Below are positions 35,729 through 44,024 of a DNA stretch of 64,000 nucleotides, piece by piece (the stretch's first letter is position 1; every line of letters begins with the position of its first letter). This stretch comes from Candidatus Sulfopaludibacter sp. (GTDB taxonomy: Bacteria > Verrucomicrobiota > Verrucomicrobiia > Limisphaerales > UBA11358), in the NCBI GenBank assembly GCA_035508155.1, contig DATJNM010000060.1, positions 40,542-104,541 on the forward strand, written 5' to 3'. The notes under the pieces were generated by a model that was not told the origin of the DNA, did no database searches, and worked only from the letters and a program-made list of their open reading frames with translations. The position numbers and the translations under genes are program-made.

Positions 35729-37990
35729 TTGATGAGTCTGCGTTTCCAATTTGTGTTTCACTTTTTCATCGTCGGGTTAGCGCTGACGCTGGGGTTGGGC
35801 CGCTGCGAAGCGGCGGTTGTCGCTTCGGCCAGCGGCTTGTCGCTGCGTCTGAACGCAAGCGATGGCAGCTATCAACTCTCTGCCCGACAGCCGGCGTGGG
35901 AACTGGGCGGCAGCATCAACCAGCCCTTTCAGGACGTCGCCACCGGTCAAGGGCGGGATGCCATTGGCCATTATCGGCAGTTGTCATTCGAATGGGAGGA
36001 CGGGCAGACGCCGATGAGGGGCCAAATCCGGATTTATGAGGAGAAGCCGCTGGCGTTGTTTTCGCAAACCTGCGGCGCGGCGACCGAACTGCCGCCGCGC
36101 GCGTTCCCGGATTTCCAGGTGTTGCCGGGCAAATTGCACGTTTTCAGCTACGGTCATCATGAATTTGCGCCGCCACGTTTCGCGGCGACCGAAATCTCCA
36201 CACCCTGGCTGTTCTTTGATGATTCCGCCAACGCTTTGGTCATTTCTCCGGCGTCGCATTTCATGGTGGCCAGCATGGTGGGCGATGGGCGGACGGAGGC
36301 AGGCAGCGGATTTAATCCGGCCTTGCGGAACCTGCCGGCGGGTTTCACTCAACAAACGCTGGTCGCGTTCGGCCAGGGCATCAATCGGACTTGGGATTTA
36401 TGGGGCGGCGCGCTGCTGGCTTTGCACCACGCTCAACGCCCCTCCGACGACGCCGACACGGTGCTGAAGTACCTTGGTTACTGGACCGACAACGGCGCGA
36501 CTTATTATTATAACTACGACACCAATCTTGGCTACGTCGGCACGCTCCAATCGCTGGTCGAGCGTTACCGCCAGGAGCAGATTCCCATTCACTATTTGCA
36601 ACTGGATTCGTGGTGGTATGAAAAGAGCACCACCGGTCCCGACGGCCAGCCGGGAAGGGAAAAGAAATCCGATAAGTTGCCCGGCGGCGAGTGGAACTGT
36701 TACGGCGGCCTGTTGAAATACAAGGCCGACACCAATCTGTTCCCGAACGGCCTGGACGCTTTTCAGGAATCCATCGGCCTGCCGCTGGTCACGCACAATC
36801 GCTGGATTGATCCGGCCAGCCCTTACCATCAACAATACAAAATTTCCGGCATTGCGGCCGTGGATCCGAAATGGTGGGACCATATCGCCGATTACCTGAA
36901 GGTTTCCGGCATCATTACCTACGAACAGGACTGGCTGGACCGCATTTACACCTATTCCCCGGCGTTCAGCAGCAATGTCGAAACGGGGGAGGCTTTTCTC
37001 AACAACATGGCGCGTGCCTGCCAGGAACAGGGCATCACCATGCAGTATTGCATGCCTTATCCGTGTTATTTTCTTCAAGGCAGCCGCTACGATAATCTGA
37101 CGACCATCCGCACCAGCGGCGACCGGTTCAATATGGACCACTGGGACAATTTTCTCTACACGTCGCGCCTGGCTGCCTCGCTGGGAATCTGGCCGTGGGC
37201 GGATGTTTATATGAGCGGCGAAACCAACAACGTCCTGCTCTCCACGCTTTCCGCCGGGCCGGTTGGCATCGGCGACGCCATCGGCGCGGTCAACAAGGCC
37301 AATCTTCTCCATGCCGTCCGCACCGACGGGGTGATTGTCAAACCTGATGCGCCCATCGTACCGCTGGACCAGAGCTACATCGCCGACGCGAAGAAAAAAC
37401 CGGCGCCCCTGACGGCGGGCACCTACACCGACCGCGGCGGCGTCAAAACCGGATATATCTTCGCCTACAACCGGCCCGACACACCGGCGGACACGGTTCG
37501 TTTCAGTCCAGGCGAGTTGGGCTTGCGCGGCCCGGTGTATGTTTATGATTATTTTTCCGGCACAGGCAAATTGCTCCATGACGGTGCTGACTTCACCGCG
37601 CCGCTGGGCGGGGACGCCAGCGTATTCTACATGGTCGCGCCCGTCGGCCAAAGCGGCATCGCCTTCCTCGGCGACAAGAATAAATTTGTCGGCACCGGCC
37701 GGCAGCGGATTGTGTCGCTGGACGATGAGCCCGGCAGGCTGACCATCGGAGTCGTATTGGCGCAGAACGAAAAATCGGTCGTCCTTCACGGCTATGCCGC
37801 CGCGGAACCGAAAGTGACGGTCATTTCCGGCTCGGACGACACGGTCCAATACGATCCCGCCAGCCACTACTTCACGGTCGAAGTAAAGCCCGACGGAGAT
37901 GCGACGGGTGCCGAAACCGCCGACGCTCGCACCCGGCAAATGACGGTGGTGCTGGAAACAAGAAAGTGGCGAGTGACGAGTGACAAGTGA
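35729..37990 (+). CDS. Secreted clan GH-D-like TIM-barrel glycosidase (family unassigned)
   Basis: 753 aa with N-terminal signal/anchor FQFVFHFFIVGLALTLGLG. The segments YLGYWTDNGATYYYNY, HYLQLDSWWY, ITYEQDWLD and TIRTSGDRFNMDHWDNF resemble the barrel strands (nucleophile Asp, R-x-S-G-D acid/base) of GH27/31/36 enzymes. Family is read by eye only. The stop lies inside GTGAC element A. Confidence 0.8.
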   Translation: MMSLRFQFVFHFFIVGLALTLGLGRCEAAVVASASGLSLRLNASDGSYQLSARQPAWELGGSINQPFQDVATGQGRDAIGHYRQLSFEWEDGQTPMRGQIRIYEEKPLALFSQTCGAATELPPRAFPDFQVLPGKLHVFSYGHHEFAPPRFAATEISTPWLFFDDSANALVISPASHFMVASMVGDGRTEAGSGFNPALRNLPAGFTQQTLVAFGQGINRTWDLWGGALLALHHAQRPSDDADTVLKYLGYWTDNGATYYYNYDTNLGYVGTLQSLVERYRQEQIPIHYLQLDSWWYEKSTTGPDGQPGREKKSDKLPGGEWNCYGGLLKYKADTNLFPNGLDAFQESIGLPLVTHNRWIDPASPYHQQYKISGIAAVDPKWWDHIADYLKVSGIITYEQDWLDRIYTYSPAFSSNVETGEAFLNNMARACQEQGITMQYCMPYPCYFLQGSRYDNLTTIRTSGDRFNMDHWDNFLYTSRLAASLGIWPWADVYMSGETNNVLLSTLSAGPVGIGDAIGAVNKANLLHAVRTDGVIVKPDAPIVPLDQSYIADAKKKPAPLTAGTYTDRGGVKTGYIFAYNRPDTPADTVRFSPGELGLRGPVYVYDYFSGTGKLLHDGADFTAPLGGDASVFYMVAPVGQSGIAFLGDKNKFVGTGRQRIVSLDDEPGRLTIGVVLAQNEKSVVLHGYAAAEPKVTVISGSDDTVQYDPASHYFTVEVKPDGDATGAETADARTRQMTVVLETRKWRVTSDK

Positions 37991-38047
37991 CGGGAAAACT
38001 CCGGCGCCGGCCACTGCTAGTCACTTGTCACGTGTTGCCCGTCAACT
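37964..38047 (+). repeat. GTGAC-heptad palindromic element, copy A
   Basis: AAGTGGC GAGTGAC GAGTGAC AAGTGAC, then a 28-nt loop (contains CCGGCGCCGG), then GTCACTT GTCACGT GTTGCCC GTCAACT. GTGACAAGTGAC (37980-37991) is perfectly complementary to GTCACTTGTCAC (38020-38031). Confidence 0.85.
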
Positions 38048-39998
38048 CGGCGCTGTGGCTTTGGTGTCGTTGTTTCTCATCCCATCGTTCGCCGCCACCG
38101 GCGAAAATCCTTTCTGGCAGCGCCAGAGCATTTACCAAATCATCACCGACCGTTTTTACGACGGCGATCCGTCAAACGACAATGCCGACGGCAATTACGA
38201 TCCGACGGGTCACCGCGGCACGTCCGTTCACGGCGGTGATTTCAAGGGCATCGAGGAAAAACTGGATTACCTCAAGTCGCTCGGCGCGACGGCCATCTGG
38301 ATTTCGCCGGTGGTGTTGAATGCCCGCGGCGAATTTCACGGTTACGCGGGGCTGGATTTTTACAAGGTGGACCCGCATTGGGGCACGATGGCGGACCTGC
38401 GACATCTGGTTCAGGCGGCGCACGCGCGCGGCATTCTGGTCATTGACGACATCGTGGTGAATCACGGCGGCAACCTCGTGGACAGCGCCGATCCGGGGTA
38501 TCCCGATTTCAAATATCCGCCCGCGGGATACCATTTGCGCTTCCGCGATCCCGCACGGCAATATCCGCCACCGTTTGATCTGAATGCCACCCACCCGTCG
38601 CTCACGAACCTGTTTCACGACAACGGCTTCATCCAGGACTATCACGACCCGGTCCAGGTTGAACTGGGCGAGTTGGGCGGGCTTGATGATTTTCGGACCG
38701 AAACGCCGTACGTTCGGGCACAGATGGAGAAGATTTACGAGTTTTGGATCCAGCAAGCGGGCTTCGACGCCTTCCGCATTGACACCGTCAAGCACGTCGA
38801 GGTCGGATTCTGGCGGGATTGGTGTCCGGCCATCCGCGCGTTCGCGGCGGCGCGCGGCAAGCCGGACTTTTTCATGTTCGGCGAAGTGCTGGATCATTCC
38901 GACGCCAAGTGTGGTTCCTACACCGGCATGATGGGGGGTGGGCCGTTCAAACTCGACTCAGTTCTGGATTACCCGCTGTATTTCAAAATCAAGTCCGTCT
39001 TCGCCGAGGCCACCGGCGGCACGAAACAAATCGTTGAGCACTACCGCGCCGTCAGCGCGAATTACGACCCGTCGGCGCAAAATCAATTGGTGACGTTCCT
39101 CGACAACCACGATCAGCCGCGTTTTTTGAGTGTCCCCGGGGCAACCGTCGCCCGGCTCAAGGTGGCGCTGATTTTTCTCTATACCGCGCAGGGCATTCCC
39201 TGCCTGTATTACGGCACGGAACAGGCCTTCAACGGCGGGAAGGACCCATTTGACCGGGAGGACATGTTCGCCGGACGATTCGAGTGGGGGCCGTCGCTGG
39301 GCGATAACTTCGACATGACGCATCCGTTGTTTCAACTCGTCGCCAGGCTTAACAATTTCCGGCGGCTCTATCCGGTGTTGCAAACCGGCATCCAATCCAA
39401 TCTGTGGGCCGGCGCCGGCGGCCCCGGCCTGTTCGCCTACATACGGCGGCTCGGTACACAACAAGTGTTCGTGGTTTTCAACACAGCGGAAACGAACCGG
39501 ATTCTGCCACCCTGCCCGACGATTTATCCGGCGGGAAAAAGGCTGCAAAATTTGCTCGATGAAAAGGAAAATTTAACCGTGCTCGCGGGCGGAAAGACTC
39601 CATCCCTCGCCGTGCCGGGCACATCGGCAAAAATCTTCGTCGCCAAATCCGAAATCCGTCCGCTTGATCCGGTGGTGACCGGCATATTGCCGAAACACGA
39701 CTCGCGGGAAATTTCGCCGACCGCGCCGATTATCGTTCGCTTCAGTCAGCCGATGGAAACCACGAGCGTGGAGCGTGCTTTTTCGACGGTGCCGGCGGTG
39801 CCGGGCGCGTTTTCCTGGACGGCCGCAGGCGACGAAATGACTTTCCAGCCGGCAAATCCCGGATTCCAACCGCAAACGATGATCACCGTGCGCATCGGCG
39901 ACGCGGCGCGTTCCGCCGATTCCGGCAGGACATTTTACGCCGGGTTTGAATCACGTTTCCGGTGCGGCGGGGCGGGCAGGGTCTCGCCGCCAAATTGA
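37980..39998 (+). CDS. GH13 alpha-amylase-family enzyme with C-terminal Ig-like domain
   Basis: GH13 regions I-IV are present: DDIVVNHGG, GFDAFRIDTVKHV, FMFGEVLD, FLDNHDQPRF. The C-terminal ~90 aa are Ig-like (SbsA/Big_5-like). The alternative start TTG 38025 (MSRVARQLGAVALVSLFLIPSFAA) gives a cleaner signal peptide than GTG 37980. Confidence 0.9.
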   Translation: MTSDGKTPAPATASHLSRVARQLGAVALVSLFLIPSFAATGENPFWQRQSIYQIITDRFYDGDPSNDNADGNYDPTGHRGTSVHGGDFKGIEEKLDYLKSLGATAIWISPVVLNARGEFHGYAGLDFYKVDPHWGTMADLRHLVQAAHARGILVIDDIVVNHGGNLVDSADPGYPDFKYPPAGYHLRFRDPARQYPPPFDLNATHPSLTNLFHDNGFIQDYHDPVQVELGELGGLDDFRTETPYVRAQMEKIYEFWIQQAGFDAFRIDTVKHVEVGFWRDWCPAIRAFAAARGKPDFFMFGEVLDHSDAKCGSYTGMMGGGPFKLDSVLDYPLYFKIKSVFAEATGGTKQIVEHYRAVSANYDPSAQNQLVTFLDNHDQPRFLSVPGATVARLKVALIFLYTAQGIPCLYYGTEQAFNGGKDPFDREDMFAGRFEWGPSLGDNFDMTHPLFQLVARLNNFRRLYPVLQTGIQSNLWAGAGGPGLFAYIRRLGTQQVFVVFNTAETNRILPPCPTIYPAGKRLQNLLDEKENLTVLAGGKTPSLAVPGTSAKIFVAKSEIRPLDPVVTGILPKHDSREISPTAPIIVRFSQPMETTSVERAFSTVPAVPGAFSWTAAGDEMTFQPANPGFQPQTMITVRIGDAARSADSGRTFYAGFESRFRCGGAGRVSPPN

Positions 39999-40009
39999 CA
40001 CGCGCAAAT

Positions 40010-40057
40010 CCCCAGTTTTTGGGGGCTAGGCAGGATTCCAAAGTCTGCGGATATTAA
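40010..40057 (+). promoter_or_regulatory. Conserved 24-nt element copy 3 + -10-like box
   Basis: CCCCAGTTTTTGGGGGCTAGGCAG (40010-40033), then 18 nt, then TATTAA (40052-40057). The next ATG is at 40100. Confidence 0.5.
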
Positions 40058-40099
40058 GCTCGCGCATATTCAATCCAGAACACCTTAACCGATTAAACT

Positions 40100-41974
40100 A
40101 TGAAGACCAAAACCGCCGTTCTTTCGTCCATGTTTTGTGCGGGGCTTTTGCTGGGCACCACCTGGCCGGTTTGCGCGGACACCCTGATCGCCTTTCAGTG
40201 CGACATGACGTATCAGGTTCAAAACTCACAATTCACCAATGGGGTCAATACGCTTAAAGTGTATACATATAACGCCACTCCGGCCGCCGTAACCAACTTG
40301 GTGTTGACCAACAATCCCGCATCATTGGTCAATACCAATCTCTATACGGGAACGTGGGACGATATGGTTGATACCAACGGCGCTCAAATCCAATATAAAT
40401 TTTATGCCGTCGGAAGTTCGATTCCCGGTGGCCCCTATGAAACGACGGCGACTTACAACGATAACCGGGTGACATTGCTTCCTGCGGGCAGCGGCCAGCA
40501 GAGTCTGGTCTTGCCCGTTCAGTTTTTCAGCGACCAGGGCATAAACCTAGCCTCCCCCCAATTTGTCGTAACCAGCAACATCTGGTTCCAAGTGGACATG
40601 TCACAGCAAATTGCCCTTGGGACTTTCAATCCCTCGACACAAACGGTGGAAGTTGACGGCAGCTTGGGCAGCGGCAATAATTTCGGTTTCGGCCAGGGGA
40701 CCACCCCCAGCGGCAACACCTTGACCAATGATCCCACCCTCCTGAGAACCAATCAGTTTGGTTTGGTGACTTCCAATGTATATACCGGATTTCTCTCCCA
40801 GCTCATTGCCGGCTCACCCGGGCAGAATGCCCAATTTAAATATCGAATCCAGCCATCTGCCATATACGAAAGCCCCAACAATCTAAACGGAGACGCGCAA
40901 AACAGCCATAACCGCTTCTTTTTCCTCACCGCGACCACCACAAACCCGATTGTCTTTTTCAGCGATCAGCCCTACGCGCCAATTGGAACAAACCGGATCA
41001 CCTTCTCGGTGGACATGAGCGCTCAAATCTGGAGCGGCCAGATGAGCAATCAACAAGTTCGCTTGAGCGGAGATTTTAACAATTGGGATACGAGCGGCAC
41101 GCTGGGCAATCTCTGCACAAATAATCCCAACGCCAGCAACACCAACATTTACTCTGCAACGGCAACTATCACCAATGGAGTCGGAGCTGCAACTCAATTC
41201 AAGTTCGGCTATGTCAATGGGAATTACGAAAACAATCCCACTCATACCTACCCGGGCGATCCATCCGTTGCCATCATCACCCCCAACCGGGAATTCATCA
41301 TGCCTGATGTCAGTGGCACCAATCTGACTTTGCCGACTGTTTATTTCAATGACACATCCACTTACTCCGTGCTGCCGGCTCCGCCCCCCACCAATTTCGT
41401 GACCTTCAGTGTCAGCATGACCAATGCGGTGGGCACGGATTCGCACGTGTTCAATCCCAACACCGACAGTGTTTATCTGAACGGTGTGGATGTGACCATG
41501 ACGTTGGGAACCTACCGCTTTGACCCATGGACCAACAATCCGACCGGCAACCCGCTGGGAAATTTCCTGATGATCAACAATCCGGTGGGCAGCGAGATTT
41601 ACACCATCACGGTCCCGATTCCGGCGGGATACCCGGTGATGCTTTCGTACCAATATTCCATCAACGGTAACCAGGATGAGGCCAATGGCATCAATCATAC
41701 CCGTTACATCCGGTCCACCGGAAACTACGTTCTGCCGCTGGATGTCTTCGGCAACATGGTTCAGGAACAGTCGTTCGGTAACCTGGCCGTCGGGGCAAAG
41801 TCAGGCGGCAACGTGCCGATCACCTGGCTGGGCCGTCCGGGCGTCCATTTGCAAGTCAAAACGAACCTGACCGTCGGTGCCTGGACCGATCTGCTCGGCA
41901 CCGATGCCCAAAGCGCAACGAACTATCCTGCAGGCGCGGGCGCCAGCTACTTCCGGTTAACCAATCCGTTTTGA
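40100..41974 (+). CDS. Secreted protein with four tandem CBM20/48-like beta-sandwich modules and conserved C-terminal tail (putative glucan-binding surface protein)
   Basis: Signal peptide MKTKTAVLSSMFCAGLLLGTTWPVCA. Four modules open with IAFQCDMTYQV / IWFQVDMSQQI / ITFSVDMSAQI / VTFSVSMTNAV. Module 3 has VRLSGDFNNWD...QFKF, typical of starch/glycogen-binding CBMs. Function is inferred. Confidence 0.8.
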   Translation: MKTKTAVLSSMFCAGLLLGTTWPVCADTLIAFQCDMTYQVQNSQFTNGVNTLKVYTYNATPAAVTNLVLTNNPASLVNTNLYTGTWDDMVDTNGAQIQYKFYAVGSSIPGGPYETTATYNDNRVTLLPAGSGQQSLVLPVQFFSDQGINLASPQFVVTSNIWFQVDMSQQIALGTFNPSTQTVEVDGSLGSGNNFGFGQGTTPSGNTLTNDPTLLRTNQFGLVTSNVYTGFLSQLIAGSPGQNAQFKYRIQPSAIYESPNNLNGDAQNSHNRFFFLTATTTNPIVFFSDQPYAPIGTNRITFSVDMSAQIWSGQMSNQQVRLSGDFNNWDTSGTLGNLCTNNPNASNTNIYSATATITNGVGAATQFKFGYVNGNYENNPTHTYPGDPSVAIITPNREFIMPDVSGTNLTLPTVYFNDTSTYSVLPAPPPTNFVTFSVSMTNAVGTDSHVFNPNTDSVYLNGVDVTMTLGTYRFDPWTNNPTGNPLGNFLMINNPVGSEIYTITVPIPAGYPVMLSYQYSINGNQDEANGINHTRYIRSTGNYVLPLDVFGNMVQEQSFGNLAVGAKSGGNVPITWLGRPGVHLQVKTNLTVGAWTDLLGTDAQSATNYPAGAGASYFRLTNPF

Positions 41975-42053
41975 TTTCAGCCGGGTACCACTGTCAAACC
42001 GACCGCCCAATGCCGGAGCGCGCGTTCCGGTTCCGGCGCGGAGCTTAATTGAC

Positions 42054-42952
42054 ATGGAATTGCCGACAAAAACAAAGTCCAAGACGGCAATGATGGTTTC
42101 ACCTTGATTGAGTTGTTGTTGGTGATTGCCATCATAGCGATTCTGGCCGCGATGTTGTTGCCGGCTTTGTCCGCGGCCAAGGTGCGGGCGCAGATCATTG
42201 CTGGCCTGAGCAATAAGAGGCAGTTGATGCTGGCCTGGTATATGTATCCCGGGGACCACAACGACCTGTTGGTGCTCAATACCAATCAGTCAGTCAACGT
42301 CAACGGCGTCGATCCGTGGATTCCACCGGGCAGCAAATTGGATTGGGGCAGTTCCTCGGCCAATACAAGCGTGACGCTCCTGGTAAGCTGTCAACTAGGC
42401 CCCTATTGTGGCGGTCAATTTAAAATTTTTACTTCGCCGGGGGATGTTTTCCTGTCTCCCATTCAGCAGGTGCTGAATATGGGCAAGCTTTTTAATCATC
42501 GGGCCAGGAGCGTCGCCATGGATGCGGCGATTGGCGGCGACGGATGGAATCATCCCGCCGACAATGGCAAGTCCGGGTATAAACCCCCCGCCTCTCTTGC
42601 TTCAAGCCTCAATCCCTTTTTCTTCGCGACCAAGTTAAGCCAAATGGTCAATCCCGGCCCGAGCAAGTGCTGGGTGTTTCTGAACGAGCACCCGGACAGC
42701 ATTGACGATGGGATTTTCTATGACGATCCTCGGGCAACAGATGGAACCGGCACGCTCATCGAAGTGCCGTCGAGCTATCTGGGCGGCGGCTGCGGCGTTT
42801 CTTTTGCCGACGGGCATGCGGAGGTTCATAAATGGACAACCAGCGCGTTCCTCGTTCCGGTTAAATATGCGAAGTATCCGGGAACCGGCGGGGTGCATTA
42901 CACCCAAAACGAGGACATGGCCTGGCTGGCACAGCACACACCCGCGCATTAG
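42054..42952 (+). CDS. Second prepilin-type N-terminal methylation domain protein (H-X9-DG-like, degenerate), with leader out of frame (frameshift or non-canonical start)
   Basis: The main frame reads ...[32 protein letters not shown]...[13 protein letters not shown]. The first canonical in-frame start is TTG 42104, downstream of the G/F cleavage site. A plausible leader ATG at 42054 ([17 protein letters not shown]) is in another frame and stops at 42105-42107. Confidence 0.7.
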
Positions 42953-42962
42953 CCGTCCTAAC

Positions 42963-43008
42963 CCCCAGTTTTTGGGGGCTAGGCAGATTCCGCAACCTCA
43001 CGTACATT
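42963..43008 (+). promoter_or_regulatory. Conserved 24-nt element copy 4 + -10-like box
   Basis: CCCCAGTTTTTGGGGGCTAGGCAG (42963-42986), then 16 nt, then TACATT (43003-43008). The next gene's ATG is at 43068. Confidence 0.5.
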
Positions 43009-43067
43009 CAACATGTGATTTTCCCCGACCGAAGAGAAAACCTGAAACTCGAAACAACTTGAAATTT

Positions 43068-43952
43068 ATGAAAATTAGAAAACGTCTCAACGGATTCGCT
43101 ATCGGATTGGGTGTGCTGGTTGTGGCGGTTTATTCGGTGCCAGGTCAAGACACTATTAATGTGACGGGTACATCTGGCACGACTTATCCCGGCAATAACA
43201 CGGGCCAAGGGAGCGCCAACAAGGGACGCGAAATCTACTCCGCAACCATTGCCAATGACGCGAACAATCTCTACATCACACTCGCTCTTAATCCAGCGGG
43301 CAACGCAATGACCCAGGGCGGTTTTGATTATCTCATGGTCATCACCTCCGGCAATCCTTCCGCCGGCGGCGACACCTCCGCCGACGCCACGACCCACGGG
43401 AATGCGTACGACCGTGCCATATCCATTGACAGTGGATTCGGCGGAATGACGGATATGATAGGAATATACACACCTAACTCCAGCAGTCCCTACAGCTTCG
43501 GATTTAACGATTGGATTTTCAGTGGCGGGAGCTGGATACAGGAGAATACCTATCCCACCGGCGTGACGTTAGTCAATGGCTCGGGAGGCAACCCGACTGA
43601 ACTCACCTTCACCGCCCCGTTGAGTGATTTCCCAAATCTGACTCTCACTCCCGGCTCAACTTTCGATTTCGATTTTGACAGCACGGGCACCGGCGCCGGT
43701 CAGACCGCTTATGGCGACCTGGTGCTTCCTGGGCCGGTTCAGGGCGGAACTTATTATGTTAATGGAACTTCGATGAGCGGTGCGGGGACCTATAGCGCCA
43801 CATACCAATTCAACGAAACCACGCTTGATCAATACACAGTCGCAGCGGTGCCCGAGCCGGCCACCCTGGCCCTGGCGGGTTTAAGCGGGTTGTCTCTGAC
43901 GCTGCTCCGTCGTCAGCGGAGGAAAGCCGGTTTGTCTTCGGCACTGCGCTAA
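43068..43952 (+). CDS. PEP-CTERM sorting-domain protein (function unknown)
   Basis: ATG 43068 gives MKIRKRLNGFAIGLGVLVVAVYSVPG. The C-terminus AAVPEPATLALAGLSGLSLTLLRRQRRK is a PEP-CTERM signal. The track ORF start 42702 overlaps the upstream gene and is rejected. Confidence 0.85.
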   Translation: MKIRKRLNGFAIGLGVLVVAVYSVPGQDTINVTGTSGTTYPGNNTGQGSANKGREIYSATIANDANNLYITLALNPAGNAMTQGGFDYLMVITSGNPSAGGDTSADATTHGNAYDRAISIDSGFGGMTDMIGIYTPNSSSPYSFGFNDWIFSGGSWIQENTYPTGVTLVNGSGGNPTELTFTAPLSDFPNLTLTPGSTFDFDFDSTGTGAGQTAYGDLVLPGPVQGGTYYVNGTSMSGAGTYSATYQFNETTLDQYTVAAVPEPATLALAGLSGLSLTLLRRQRRKAGLSSALR

Positions 43953-44024
43953 CCCGGTCGGGGCGTCGCATAGTTTTCAACCGCGCAAGTCACACCGCCT
44001 GCCCGGGGATTTGCGTTGTATGAA

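Noticed and set aside
36398-38014. 538-aa minus-strand ORF antisense to the GH-D-like gene. Similar long antisense ORFs are 62512..63903, 19247..20347, 55283..56311, 50035..50991, 44031..44903, 8596..9333, 13440..14087 and 3211..3870.
   Set aside because: They are typical high-GC shadow ORFs. They are fully overlapped by opposite-strand genes with clear family motifs. Their translations are Arg/Gly/Pro/Ala-rich with no recognisable domains, signal peptides or sensible gene junctions.
34698-43008. Reading the conserved 24-nt element as a sigma-54 (-24/-12) or ECF-type promoter, or as an intrinsic terminator.
   Set aside because: TGGC is present in copies 1-2, but no TTGC follows at the required spacing, and copies 3-4 lack TGGC. 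No GGAAC/CGTC-type ECF boxes are present. The CCCCA/TGGGG stem is only 5 bp, with the T-run in the loop rather than after the stem.
42702-43067. N-terminal extension of the PEP-CTERM ORF (416 aa in the track). Similar extensions are 60349..60660, 49426..49710, 49400..49624, 15784..15897, 6822..6917, 9673..9768 and 18177..18248.
   Set aside because: The extensions overlap well-supported neighbouring genes or divergent promoters and lack signal peptides. Internal ATGs give canonical signal peptides or tight operon junctions.
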